Assembly (NCBI GenBank): GCA_016765495.1
Contig: JAESPV010000035.1
Location: 51,729 to 115,728 of the forward strand
Source of the DNA: Desulfocapsa sp.
Lineage (GTDB): Bacteria > Desulfobacterota > Desulfobulbia > Desulfobulbales > Desulfocapsaceae
Direction of reading: 5' to 3'
Length of the DNA stretch: 64,000 nucleotides
The notes beneath the pieces are model-generated. The model did no database searches and had not been told where the DNA came from. It saw nothing but the letters and a program-made list of their open reading frames with translations. The position numbers and the translations under genes are program-made. Positions 50,588 to 60,425 of the stretch are shown one piece after another (position 1 is the stretch's first letter; each line of letters starts with the position of its first letter).

Positions 50588-51865
50588 TTACGGGGATTTC
50601 CGGGGATAAACAATATTGGCTTCCAGCCCCTTGAGCCCAAGAGCCGGATCATCCAGGCATAGGATATGAAAGGATGGCTTGGCACAGTCACCAAACTGGT
50701 CACAACTGAGAGCACCAGTAACCCCTTTGAATGCTTTGGTTGAGTAGAGAATATCCCGGATTTTTTGCCGGCCAATGGAGAGAGCTCCATCGGGAGTCGG
50801 GATTGCAGCCTGTTCAATGGCAACAAAGAGGAGCTCAGCAGCATCATGGGCAAAAAGAAAGTAACTTACCGTTGGCTCTTCATGATATTTGGAAATATAC
50901 GATGCCGTCAGCCTGTCGACCGCAGACCCTGTTGGTGGTGTCGGCCCTACAAAACACATGCCCTGTGCAGCATCTCCCACTGCTTCAAGAAAGTTTTGTT
51001 CAATTAAAGCCCCACTACCGATCATAAAGGTATCATTCAGCTCAGGAACGGTACGTGCCTGCACCAACAGATGATTTCCTTCCGGTTGGAAAAGTGGAAA
51101 AAAGAGCAGGTCAGCCTTGGACTGGACTACAGCAGTCAGAACAGGGAGCATCTGCGTTTCCCCTTTATTCACAGCAGTATCCAGTACAATTTCACCGCCA
51201 AGCTCAACAAATGCCTTTTTAAAGCTTTCGGTCAGGCCCTTTGTGTAGATATCACTATCGTTAATGGTGGCTGCCCTACGGAGACCCAACTGCTTAAAAA
51301 CATACTCTGCGACTGTATTGCCGGCATATTGTTCATTTCCTGCAGTACGAAAATACCCTGCCTGCCAGTTTGCTGCAGCCCTGCCTGCGATGGAGGTCAG
51401 GAAGGGGGCCGAATTATTACCAGATATCATGGTTAGCCCTGCATCCGACATTGCTTTTGATGCGGTGGCGGCAGCACCGGAACAGGTGCTGCCAAAGATT
51501 GCCAGCGTTTGTGGATCTGCAATTAGTTTTAGGGCAGCATTTGCACCGCCTACGGCGCTGCATCCGGTATCTTCAATTTGCAAGGCAACGGGGTGACCCA
51601 ATATTTCCCCTTTTCTTTTATTGAGTGCAAGAGTAAATCCTCTGATCTGAGCCTCTCCGAGAGGGGCAGTCTTTCCACTTAAGGATTGAAGGACTCCAAT
51701 CTTTATATGATCTCCAGGTGCCACTTCAAGGCAGCCCAAAGGATCTGTGCATTCAAATGGTGGTTCAGAGGTGTTGCAACTTGAGAGGGCGGCAGCAAGA
51801 CAACTGCACATAAATAAAGATAAAAATATGGGGCTGTTTTTTTTCAATATATGATTCCCTTTCAT
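50588..51865 (-). CDS. Branched-chain amino-acid-type (LivJ-like) substrate-binding lipoprotein
   Basis: Lipobox LSSC; EDTGCS, GSTCSG, YFRTA, FKGVTG and GD motifs. Confidence 0.88.
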   Translation of the reverse strand: MKGNHILKKNSPIFLSLFMCSCLAAALSSCNTSEPPFECTDPLGCLEVAPGDHIKIGVLQSLSGKTAPLGEAQIRGFTLALNKRKGEILGHPVALQIEDTGCSAVGGANAALKLIADPQTLAIFGSTCSGAAATASKAMSDAGLTMISGNNSAPFLTSIAGRAAANWQAGYFRTAGNEQYAGNTVAEYVFKQLGLRRAATINDSDIYTKGLTESFKKAFVELGGEIVLDTAVNKGETQMLPVLTAVVQSKADLLFFPLFQPEGNHLLVQARTVPELNDTFMIGSGALIEQNFLEAVGDAAQGMCFVGPTPPTGSAVDRLTASYISKYHEEPTVSYFLFAHDAAELLFVAIEQAAIPTPDGALSIGRQKIRDILYSTKAFKGVTGALSCDQFGDCAKPSFHILCLDDPALGLKGLEANIVYPRKSP

Positions 51866-52060
51866 TATTTGTTACTTTCAAACCTCGTAAAAAATTGGAG
51901 GTAGAATTTGATTTATAAGCAGTTTTACAGCACGACAGGCCAAATTTGGATACGTCCGGTCGGGTGTAATACAAAAAAGTGACACACCTTTCATGTTGCT
52001 AATCAGTGGATATGACAGGTGTTTTGTTAGTAGCGAAATAAATGTTCAGTATAACAAATT

Positions 52061-52133
52061 ATCCTGAAAGGATTGGGCCGTATAGCCGGTGGTTAAAACC
52101 ACCGGCTATACGACATTCCCCCTTCGGGGTGTC
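52061..52133. repeat. REP-like palindromic element
   Basis: Perfect 16-bp inverted repeat CGTATAGCCGGTGGTT-AA-AACCACCGGCTATACG, flanked by ATCCTGAAAGGAT and CCCC-TTCG-GGGT mini-hairpins; no U-tract. Confidence 0.6.
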
Positions 52134-52178
52134 AGATGACGTTAGTATGTCCCCATTAACTTATGTCACTTTTCTGTA

Positions 52179-53864
52179 TTACACCTTGAACCGGCTCACC
52201 AAAGCAGTCAACTTTTCAGCAAGTTCACTCAATTCTTCAGCGCTTTTATTCACTTGTGCACCACTGTCATTTATTTCACCCGCAACTCGGCCAACTTCAG
52301 CTGTATCAGCGGCAACTTCTCCCGTTACAGATGATGCTTGAGCCACGTTTTCATTTACTTCCTGTATTCCCTGAGATGCCTGAGCAACATTATCTGCTAT
52401 CTCCTGAGTAGCACCGGCTTGCTCTTCAACAGTAGCTGCAACTGTTGACACCTTTTCACTGACTTCTCTTATCACACCTGTAATTTGCGTAATTTCTGCG
52501 ACGGAACTTTTTGTTGCATCCTGAATTTTAGAAATTTTGGCTTTAATTTCAGCAGTAGCTTCTGAGGTCTGTTTGGCAAGATCTTTAATTTCGTTTGCAA
52601 CAACAGCAAAACCCTTTCCAGCTTCTCCAGCTCGGGCTGCTTCTATTGTGGCATTCAGAGCGAGCAGATTTGTTTGTTCAGAAATCTCTGTAATTGTTTC
52701 TGTCACCTTCCCAACTTCCTGGGCAGCTGCCCCAAGTTCATTGATTTGTTTTGATGCATGCTCAGATTGCACAACCGCTGTTTCAGTAATAGATTGTGTC
52801 GTGTCGGTATTTGTTGAGATTTCAGAAATGGTGGCGCTCATCTCTTCGGTTGCAGATGCAACCATATTGAGATTAACCGAAGTTTCTTCAGAAGAGGCTG
52901 CTACAGTTGCCATATTAGCACTCAACTCGTCAGCAGCGGCTGCTACTGAGTTTGCCTTAACCGTTGCCTGCTCAGAACTTGCAGACATTTGTTCGGAAAT
53001 AGCTGCAAACTCTGTTGAAGCAGACGATAAGGTTTCTACTCCAAATGCAATCTCCTTAAACATTGTTCGCAGGTTGGTAGACATATCGTTTAGTGCATTG
53101 GCAAGCTTTCCTATTTCATCGTTCTGTTTTATGTCCAATCGATGAGTAAGATCACCAGATGCAAGGGCCTCAGCGAAGCACACCGTCTCAGCAAGCTGCT
53201 TTTTTATCACCCCAGCTATAAAATAACTTATGCTTCCTCCAACAAGAATGGCGACAAAAATGAAAGCGATGACGACCTGTTTCGCTTTTTGCGCAATTTC
53301 ATCCAGGTAAATCGCCTTCTTTTCAGCTTGAGCTCTGATAACTGCAGCGGCTTCACCCAAGGCATGCCGTACTTCCTCAAGAGCAGGAATACTTTCCGCC
53401 ATATACACTTTCAACATGGCTGTATTACTTATCTTTCGATTATTCTGATTTGCCGCAAGAATTTCTTTTATCCGAGCGGCACTTTGGTGGAGCGTGGTAT
53501 GGGCCCCTTCCATTCCTGCAAAAATGGCTTTGACTTCAGGTACTATCTTATAAACTGCAGCCATGTTCTCGCTGTCGTTGAGCCACACGCCCAAATTACA
53601 TTTTTGGGCACTCGTCCCTGCCGAACATGTTGTCTGTGTCTCATTAAGTAAAAAAGAAGCAAGCTGACTGGCCCAAGACAAATGATCTATTTCCCTCTGG
53701 TTAATGGTAACTTCCAGTTTGAGTAACTGCTCCAAAGCATCTGTAACAGACGCCTGATTTGACAAGCTTCTTAATCCCTGCCAGCCAACCGCTGCCGTCA
53801 GTACAAGAATGATACTCGCCATCAGGCCCAACTTCACAGCAATTGCCAAGTCTCCAAACTTCAT
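52179..53864 (-). CDS. Methyl-accepting chemotaxis protein with a CZB-like domain between TM1 and TM2
   Basis: DHLSW, CNLGVW and HTTLH zinc-ligand pattern; HAMP; [27 protein letters not shown]. Confidence 0.92.
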   Translation of the reverse strand: MKFGDLAIAVKLGLMASIILVLTAAVGWQGLRSLSNQASVTDALEQLLKLEVTINQREIDHLSWASQLASFLLNETQTTCSAGTSAQKCNLGVWLNDSENMAAVYKIVPEVKAIFAGMEGAHTTLHQSAARIKEILAANQNNRKISNTAMLKVYMAESIPALEEVRHALGEAAAVIRAQAEKKAIYLDEIAQKAKQVVIAFIFVAILVGGSISYFIAGVIKKQLAETVCFAEALASGDLTHRLDIKQNDEIGKLANALNDMSTNLRTMFKEIAFGVETLSSASTEFAAISEQMSASSEQATVKANSVAAAADELSANMATVAASSEETSVNLNMVASATEEMSATISEISTNTDTTQSITETAVVQSEHASKQINELGAAAQEVGKVTETITEISEQTNLLALNATIEAARAGEAGKGFAVVANEIKDLAKQTSEATAEIKAKISKIQDATKSSVAEITQITGVIREVSEKVSTVAATVEEQAGATQEIADNVAQASQGIQEVNENVAQASSVTGEVAADTAEVGRVAGEINDSGAQVNKSAEELSELAEKLTALVSRFKV

Positions 53865-54129
53865 TTACCACTCCTTTTGTTTGATTTTTCATAAACGTTA
53901 CCGTTACAATTAACGCCTTTATAATAAAAGGATACATCAACAGATATCTATTTGTCCAGACCAATTCATTAACTTTTTACTGGAAGACTAATACGATTCA
54001 AATCTATTGTGCAATCCTCAAACAAATTCTGAACCTACTCTCTGTTTGGATAGTATTGTACTTAGCAAGCCTTCTACAAATGGTTGTTTCCCTGAAAGAT
54101 ACGCTTCAATTGAATGAACCGGTTTTATT

Positions 54130-55332
54130 CTATAAATGAAAAGGTTCGATAATTCTTTCCAAAACTCCCTGCACCTTTGAAATTGCAACTCCATAATTTG
54201 TTATCGGTACATTTCTGCGATTGCATTCTGTTACTCTTCTCAGCATTTCGGTGCGATTCAGCATACATGCCCCACAGTGAATGACTAACTTGTATTTTTC
54301 AAGATCTTCTGGAAAATCGTGCCCTGAGTATGTTTCAAACCTGAGGTTTTTACCTGTGTACTGAGTGAGCCAACGCGGTATTTTCACTCTTCCTATGTCG
54401 TCTGCAAGGTCGTGATGTGAGCAGGCTTCCCCCATAAGAACAATATCTCCGTCTTCCAAGGTATCAATAGCTTCTGCTCCTTTGACCAGGCTTGGCAAGT
54501 CGCCTTTAAAGCGGGCAAACAGGGTCGAAAATGTGGTTAAGGGAATGTCCTCTGGAACATCTCCCGCAACGGTTAACACTACCTGAGAATCTGTAATAAC
54601 CAATGCAGGTTTGCGATTCATGTTTGATAGTGTTTCTTCAATCTCACGCTCTTTAACTGTCACAGCAATTGCGTCACAGTCCAGAATTTCCCGTATGACT
54701 TGAACTTGAGGTAAAATAAGTCGGCCTTTCGGCGCAGCCAGATCAATTGGAACAACACAAACTACCCAGTCTCCTTCTCCGAAAAGGTCTCCAGCAAGAA
54801 CCGGGTTTTGTTTCATTTCATCCGGTGCCAATTCAATGAGGGCTTTTTTTATTTCGTTAACATTTGCACCTGTTGTTGCGGAAACTTCCAGGAATGTAAA
54901 TTTATTCTCGTGGCAATAGCTCAGTTCTTCCGTTGATGGTGCTCGTAAATCGATTTTATTGAAAAGAATAAGGAATGGAATTTTCAATTCGCAGATACTG
55001 CTGATAATGTTTTTTTCATAATCGGTGATGCCTTCCTCTCCGATTACAACCATTGCAACATCCGACCGCCATAAAACTTTCCGGGTGGCTTTGACCCTCA
55101 GCTCTCCTAGTTCGCCCGTATCATCAAGGCCTGCTGTATCGTAAAAAGTAACCGGACCAAGTGGCAGTAATTCGTAATGCTTGGCAACTGCGTCGGTGGT
55201 CGTTCCCGGCAGGTCAGAAACAATGGAGATATCCTGGCCTACAATTGCGTTTATCAATGAAGATTTGCCTGCATTTCGTCTTCCCGCAAGAGTTATAACC
55301 AGTCTGACTCCGCGTGGTGCTTTATTGGACAT
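54130..55332 (-). CDS. hydF: [FeFe]-hydrogenase H-cluster maturation GTPase HydF
   Basis: GRRNAGKSS, GTTTD, DTAG, NKID, APKGRLILPQVQ, EACSH and HCGACM motifs. Confidence 0.95.
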   Translation of the reverse strand: MSNKAPRGVRLVITLAGRRNAGKSSLINAIVGQDISIVSDLPGTTTDAVAKHYELLPLGPVTFYDTAGLDDTGELGELRVKATRKVLWRSDVAMVVIGEEGITDYEKNIISSICELKIPFLILFNKIDLRAPSTEELSYCHENKFTFLEVSATTGANVNEIKKALIELAPDEMKQNPVLAGDLFGEGDWVVCVVPIDLAAPKGRLILPQVQVIREILDCDAIAVTVKEREIEETLSNMNRKPALVITDSQVVLTVAGDVPEDIPLTTFSTLFARFKGDLPSLVKGAEAIDTLEDGDIVLMGEACSHHDLADDIGRVKIPRWLTQYTGKNLRFETYSGHDFPEDLEKYKLVIHCGACMLNRTEMLRRVTECNRRNVPITNYGVAISKVQGVLERIIEPFHL

Positions 55333-56329
55333 GCTTACTCCTTTTTGAAAAACCTTTCGAAGATGAGGGGATGAAATGTAACGATCTAATCATATTTTCA
55401 GTTTGTAATAGAGCATCTGAAACATCAATTGCAACGGAATTTTTACCGGGATAAATATTGTAATCCGCACGATGTGTAGAAGGCGTGACAGAGGGCATTA
55501 TCACGTTGCATCCTCTGAGAAGTCCGAGTTCCCGCCCTTTCACATCAAGGGAATCAAGAGCAGATGTAGCCGGAATATTGGCTCCAGGATTTAAAATACG
55601 AAGCAGGGCGGTTACACGGTACGAAAGGAATACATCTCCGGCAGCACAGTCTGCAAAGGGAGTATCCGGGTGAGGTACAAGGGGCCCTGCAGCAATCATC
55701 TCCAGGTTAAGATCTGTGAGAAAAAGAAGGTCTTGCAAAATATCTTTTATGGTTGAACCGGGTAGCCCCACTATGATTCCAGAACCTATTTCGTATCCCA
55801 GTTCGCGTAACGATGTTATGCGATCAAGTCTTTCCTCAAAGGATGCTCCGCTCCTGATTTTCTCGTATAACTCTGGATTTGAGGTCTCGAGTTTAATCAA
55901 ACAACGATCTGCGCCGCATTCAGCCCAATAGGCATATTCATCAAGTCCGCGATCACCGACCGATAGAGTTACAGCCACATCATGTTGACTTTTAATATTT
56001 TTAACCAGCTCACCAATCTGTCCTTTTGTATAGCTGAAATCGTCTCCTGACTGTAACACAATTGTCCGTGCGCCCTTTGATGCTGCGGTACCTGCTGCTT
56101 CCAGAATTGTTTCCATATCAAGACGGTAGCGATGTATTTTTAAATTCGGCGCTCTGAGTCCGCAATAAAAACATTTTTTGTTGCAAACATTTGAAAATTC
56201 GACAACTGCACGAATGTAAACTTCATTCCCAAATATATTTTTTCTTACCTGGTCGGCAAGAGCGAAAAGTTCCTCATCACTGTGGCCGTTTAGATAGTGC
56301 AGAATTTCTAACTTGCTGAGTGCATACAT
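55322..56329 (-). CDS. hydE: [FeFe]-hydrogenase maturation radical-SAM protein HydE
   Basis: CNKKCFYCGLR (CxxxCxxC), VLQSGDD, PHPDTP, IPATSA and YNIYPGK motifs; overlaps hydF. Confidence 0.9.
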   Translation of the reverse strand: MYALSKLEILHYLNGHSDEELFALADQVRKNIFGNEVYIRAVVEFSNVCNKKCFYCGLRAPNLKIHRYRLDMETILEAAGTAASKGARTIVLQSGDDFSYTKGQIGELVKNIKSQHDVAVTLSVGDRGLDEYAYWAECGADRCLIKLETSNPELYEKIRSGASFEERLDRITSLRELGYEIGSGIIVGLPGSTIKDILQDLLFLTDLNLEMIAAGPLVPHPDTPFADCAAGDVFLSYRVTALLRILNPGANIPATSALDSLDVKGRELGLLRGCNVIMPSVTPSTHRADYNIYPGKNSVAIDVSDALLQTENMIRSLHFIPSSSKGFSKRSKHVQ

Positions 56330-56453
56330 ATAAATATAATCCTGAAATTATATTGCGATTGAGTACCTTACTCCTGAACTCCTGTCATAAAAAAGCAGGT
56401 AAGCACAGACTCCGAGTACGGGCTAATTTACTATTCACCAGTGTCGGTAAGCA

Positions 56454-57023
56454 TTATCCCGAGACACTCATCAACTGAGCGCATTCATTTATCAGTCGGA
56501 ATGCAGCGATTTCGTCTTTTGTTGAAGACGATGGAGGACAGCCTGATTTTGCCCATTCAAACAGCTTTTCAACATCAACTTCGACCATTCCCCAAAACCC
56601 TTCCGGCGCATGAGGTTTAGCGCGTGCATACTGACCGAAACAGATTGTGTCATCGACAATTACAATGGGCAGATTCGGCAGGTTGCGGATTGGATACAAG
56701 CTCACCTTCGAGGGGTATTTATCTGCAAGACCCTTCACAAACGAAAATGAAATTTTGATTTCAGCTTCCACCTCTTGTCTGGAAATTCCAAATCTGAGTG
56801 CTTCAAGAAAATCTTTCTCCCAATTAAAAGCAAGTACCGGATCCAATGCAATAATATCAAGCTGTTTAAACTGCGGTCTGGCAAGAGCTGTGTTGAGTCC
56901 CGCCATGTGCGAATTAGATTTTGCAAAGGGACCGTAAACAGCTCCGTTAAGAATTATCCGGCGTGATGCTGTGGAAAACAGAGCTGGAATATTCAGCTCC
57001 TCGAGTCCTGCAAAAAGTTTCAT
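56454..57023 (-). CDS. Uncharacterised 189-aa protein within the hyd maturation operon
   Basis: Starts 2 nt after the aspA stop; LY...P..PIVIVDDTICFGQY resembles a degenerate PLD-like fold. Confidence 0.75.
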   Translation of the reverse strand: MKLFAGLEELNIPALFSTASRRIILNGAVYGPFAKSNSHMAGLNTALARPQFKQLDIIALDPVLAFNWEKDFLEALRFGISRQEVEAEIKISFSFVKGLADKYPSKVSLYPIRNLPNLPIVIVDDTICFGQYARAKPHAPEGFWGMVEVDVEKLFEWAKSGCPPSSSTKDEIAAFRLINECAQLMSVSG

Positions 57024-57025
57024 TT

Positions 57026-58459
57026 TTATTTTATCCAGCTAAGATCATCAGCAATGTAACCAAGTTTACAAAGCCTGTTCGGTGATAAAATCTCATCTAT
57101 TTCTTCGGGGGAGGCAATATTCTGATGAACTAATTCTTCGCGGATTGTCCTTCCGGCCTCTTTCGCCCCAGTCAGAATTGTTTCAACCCGTTCATATCCC
57201 AGCACGGGAACCAACACCGTCGCAAGAGCATAGCTATTTTCCACATGCATTTTGCATCTCTCACGATTAGCAGTTATTCCTGCAATACAATTTTCTGAAA
57301 ATCCCTTGCTTACATTCATTAAAAGTGTCAGCGATTCGAGCAGAGAATGGGCGAGCAGTGGAAGCAAGTGGTTTAATTCTAATTGTCCCATTGAAGCGGC
57401 TAACGTTATGCTTTGATCATTACCCATAACTTTCAATGAAATCTGTGTTACCGCTTCCGGCATGACAGGGTTAACCTTGCCGGCCATGACTGAAGAACCG
57501 ACTTGAAGAGGGGGGAGCGTTATCTCGCCAAGTCCAGTTGCAGGTCCACTGGCCAACAAACGTAAATCAGATGAAATTTTCACCAAATTCACAGCGTATG
57601 CTTTGAGAAAGCCTGAAACTTCCACAAAAGAATCCATATTCTGGGTAAGATCGATTAAATTTTCAGCACGTGAAACAGGAAGACCCGTTATCTGTTTTAA
57701 TTTTCCCGCCACGCAGAGAATGTAATCACGGGAAGCTCCAAGCCCTGTCCCGATGGCAACTCCACCCAGATTTACTTTTTTAATTCTTTCTCTGCATTTA
57801 AAAATTCTCCATCTGTCTCGTGCTATCGCATCGGCAAAGGCTCCGAAGGTCATGCCTAAGGTCATGGGCACAGCATCGTTTAATTCAGTTCGTCCGACCT
57901 TTACAACATCACGAAATTCCTGTTCTTTAATCTGAAGTGACTGTTGAAGACCGGTCACTTCAGCTTCCAGTGGTATTAAAAGATTGAGCGCAGCCACCTT
58001 TAGGGCGGTTGGGTACACGTCATTGGTGGACTGGTGCATATTCACATGTTTGAGAGGATGCACCAGCGAGTAATCACCACGCTCACCATTTAGAAGTTCA
58101 ATCGCACGGTTAGCGATAACTTCGTTGAAGTTCATGTTGGTCGAAGTTCCGGCTCCACCTTGAAATGGATCAACTACGATTTCATTGTGGAGCTTGCCGG
58201 CAGCTATGTCTTTGCACGCCGTAATGACAGCGTTACCGATTTTGCTTTCCAGGTGGCCAAGTTCAACATTTGCAACTGCGCAAGCTTGTTTGACCATGGC
58301 AAAGGCGCGAATGAATTCCGGATGCATTTGATAGCTCGAAAACGGAAAATTCCGCACGGCTCTCAAGGCATGAATACCGTAATACGCATCAGCTGGAATA
58401 TTCATTTCGCCAAGTGCATCACTTTCGATCCGCAGTTTTCCTTCCTCGGTATCTGACAT
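57026..58459 (-). CDS. aspA: Aspartate ammonia-lyase
   Basis: YYGIHALRA..NF, QGGAGTSTNMN, QSTNDVYPT and GSSVMAGKVNPV motifs; GGAG RBS before ATG 58459. Confidence 0.92.
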   Translation of the reverse strand: MSDTEEGKLRIESDALGEMNIPADAYYGIHALRAVRNFPFSSYQMHPEFIRAFAMVKQACAVANVELGHLESKIGNAVITACKDIAAGKLHNEIVVDPFQGGAGTSTNMNFNEVIANRAIELLNGERGDYSLVHPLKHVNMHQSTNDVYPTALKVAALNLLIPLEAEVTGLQQSLQIKEQEFRDVVKVGRTELNDAVPMTLGMTFGAFADAIARDRWRIFKCRERIKKVNLGGVAIGTGLGASRDYILCVAGKLKQITGLPVSRAENLIDLTQNMDSFVEVSGFLKAYAVNLVKISSDLRLLASGPATGLGEITLPPLQVGSSVMAGKVNPVMPEAVTQISLKVMGNDQSITLAASMGQLELNHLLPLLAHSLLESLTLLMNVSKGFSENCIAGITANRERCKMHVENSYALATVLVPVLGYERVETILTGAKEAGRTIREELVHQNIASPEEIDEILSPNRLCKLGYIADDLSWIK

Positions 58460-58477
58460 AGCTGCTCCGATCAATTT

Positions 58478-58544
58478 TTACAGGTGACGATCCCTTTCAC
58501 CCGCTTCCCGCTTCCACACGAGTTCTTCGATCACGTAGTGGCAT
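58478..58544 (-). pseudogene. Probable remnant of the hydG 3' end
   Basis: Removing a 7-bp duplication (58502-58515) gives LRDRRTRVEAGERDRHL-stop, matching the typical HydG C-terminus (..RI..GERD(L/F)x(F/L)-stop), immediately upstream of aspA. Confidence 0.6.
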
Positions 58545-58547
58545 ATT

Positions 58548-60425
58548 CTATTCTTCCAGCCCCAATCCCTTGCGTTTCATTTTAATCCGCTCATCAATGA
58601 GATCGGCAGCTTTAAAAGGATCAGGCTCTATAACAAAGCAGGCACCAACCAGTTCATCAAGTCCTTCGAGAGCCAAATTTGTGACAATTGGAGAGCCTGT
58701 AATATTAGGTGGGTGCCCAAGGTGAGTATAAATACCGGAGGCAACGGCATAGGTTCCAATGGTCGCTGCTTTTTCAGAATACCACTCTGGTGACGAAGCG
58801 GCCAGCGGCAGGTCGGAGATGGAGACGCCTATTTCATTTGCCAACAATGCAGCCAGTTGCAGAATCCTTGCATTGTCAACACAACTTCCCATGTGGAGGA
58901 CTGGTGGAATACCAAGACTCCCACAGATCTCTTTAAGTCCTGATCCTGCCTGTTCAATTGCTTCGGGAACAAGAAGCCCGGCTTTACCTGCAGCCGTTGT
59001 AACACAACCTGTAACAATGACCAGGATATCTTTTTTAATGAGTTCGCGGGTGAGGTTCACGTTACAGTAATCGTGTTTGTATTTCGGATTATTACAGCCA
59101 ACGATTCCTACGACTCCCCGAATCTTACCAGCCTTGATTGCGTCGATGAGTGGTGTCAGCGAACCACCGAGTGCATCCAGGAGTGCCTCGTTGGAAAATC
59201 CGGTCATAATATCCACAGGATCACCGGGTATTTCAACACGATCCGGATTGCGCATACCATAGCGTTCAATTGCCATTCGCACTACTTTACGTGCTTGCTC
59301 CATGCCATTATGCATCTCAAATTTCACATGTTCTGCTCCAGTGAATTTTGCTTTGTCCGCAGTGGTAATCATTTTGGTATGGTAGCAGTTTCCTACCTGC
59401 ACAAGACTTGGCATGATACATTGATAATCCACCACAATAAGCTCAACCGCTCCAGTGATGATTGCCAGTTCGGTCATTAGATGATTACCGGCCATGGGAA
59501 TTCCCTGACGCATCATCAGCTCATTACCTGTACAGCAGAGACCGGCAAGGTTGATGCCAGCAGCTCCCTTTTCCTTTGCCAGATCAATTAGTTCCTGTTC
59601 GTTGACAGCTTCAAGGATTTTTTCAGAAACAATGGGATTATGTCCATGAACCAGAATATTAATCTGATCTTTTTTCAAAACACCAAGATTCACCTTGGCT
59701 TTACGAGGGGATGGTGTTCCAAAAAGAATGTCAGAGATTTCCGTTGCAATCATAGATCCCGCCCAGCCGTCGCCAATGCACATTCGTAAGCCCTGCAGCA
59801 TGGTATTAACAGCATCATTATCACAGCCCATGTGGGTACGATGCATCATTTCTGTTATTTCACGATCCACTCCACGGGGCACAATCCCAAGTTTTTTCCA
59901 GTTTTCCTGTTGTTTTTTGGGTACCCGGCTGATGAAAGAGACTTCTTCACGTTTACTGCCAAAACTTTCAAACAATTCATCGGCCAGATCTTTTGCAACA
60001 TCCAGCATCTCCCGACCTTCCGTTGCAATGCCAAGTTCCGCGGCAATGCGCAGCATCTTCTTTTCGTCTTTAATATGATAATCCTGGGTTTTTTCATGGG
60101 CAACTGCGTGAAATGCTTCGATACAGTCCCGGCCATGATCAGAATGCCCTGCTGCGCCTCCAGCCAGAAAACGGCCAAAATTCCGGGCAACAATGACATC
60201 AGCATCAGCACCACATACACCCCGAGGTGCTTTTTTACTGATTCGGCAAGGCCCCATGGTACAGATACGACAGCAGACGCCTGATTCTCCAAATTTACAG
60301 TGGGGTGTCTGTTGTTCCAGCCTGTCCCAGGCTGTTTCGACGCCATCTTGCTCTGCTTTACGGAGCATCTGGTGAGCGTCATCCCATATACTCATTTCTT
60401 CAATGTTTCTTATTTTTTTTGTCAT
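58548..60425 (-). CDS. cooS: Anaerobic Ni-containing carbon monoxide dehydrogenase catalytic subunit
   Basis: CKFGESGVCCRICTMGPC..GVCG (D/B clusters); C-cluster ligands in HGHNP, GLCCTG, DYQC, GCNN, TGC and GSCVD; SEKA. Confidence 0.96.
   Translation of the reverse strand: MTKKIRNIEEMSIWDDAHQMLRKAEQDGVETAWDRLEQQTPHCKFGESGVCCRICTMGPCRISKKAPRGVCGADADVIVARNFGRFLAGGAAGHSDHGRDCIEAFHAVAHEKTQDYHIKDEKKMLRIAAELGIATEGREMLDVAKDLADELFESFGSKREEVSFISRVPKKQQENWKKLGIVPRGVDREITEMMHRTHMGCDNDAVNTMLQGLRMCIGDGWAGSMIATEISDILFGTPSPRKAKVNLGVLKKDQINILVHGHNPIVSEKILEAVNEQELIDLAKEKGAAGINLAGLCCTGNELMMRQGIPMAGNHLMTELAIITGAVELIVVDYQCIMPSLVQVGNCYHTKMITTADKAKFTGAEHVKFEMHNGMEQARKVVRMAIERYGMRNPDRVEIPGDPVDIMTGFSNEALLDALGGSLTPLIDAIKAGKIRGVVGIVGCNNPKYKHDYCNVNLTRELIKKDILVIVTGCVTTAAGKAGLLVPEAIEQAGSGLKEICGSLGIPPVLHMGSCVDNARILQLAALLANEIGVSISDLPLAASSPEWYSEKAATIGTYAVASGIYTHLGHPPNITGSPIVTNLALEGLDELVGACFVIEPDPFKAADLIDERIKMKRKGLGLEE

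Noticed and set aside
55322-56329. Biotin synthase (bioB) call for the radical-SAM gene
   Set aside because: Overlap with hydF and the HydE-type YxIYPGK C-terminal motif favour HydE.
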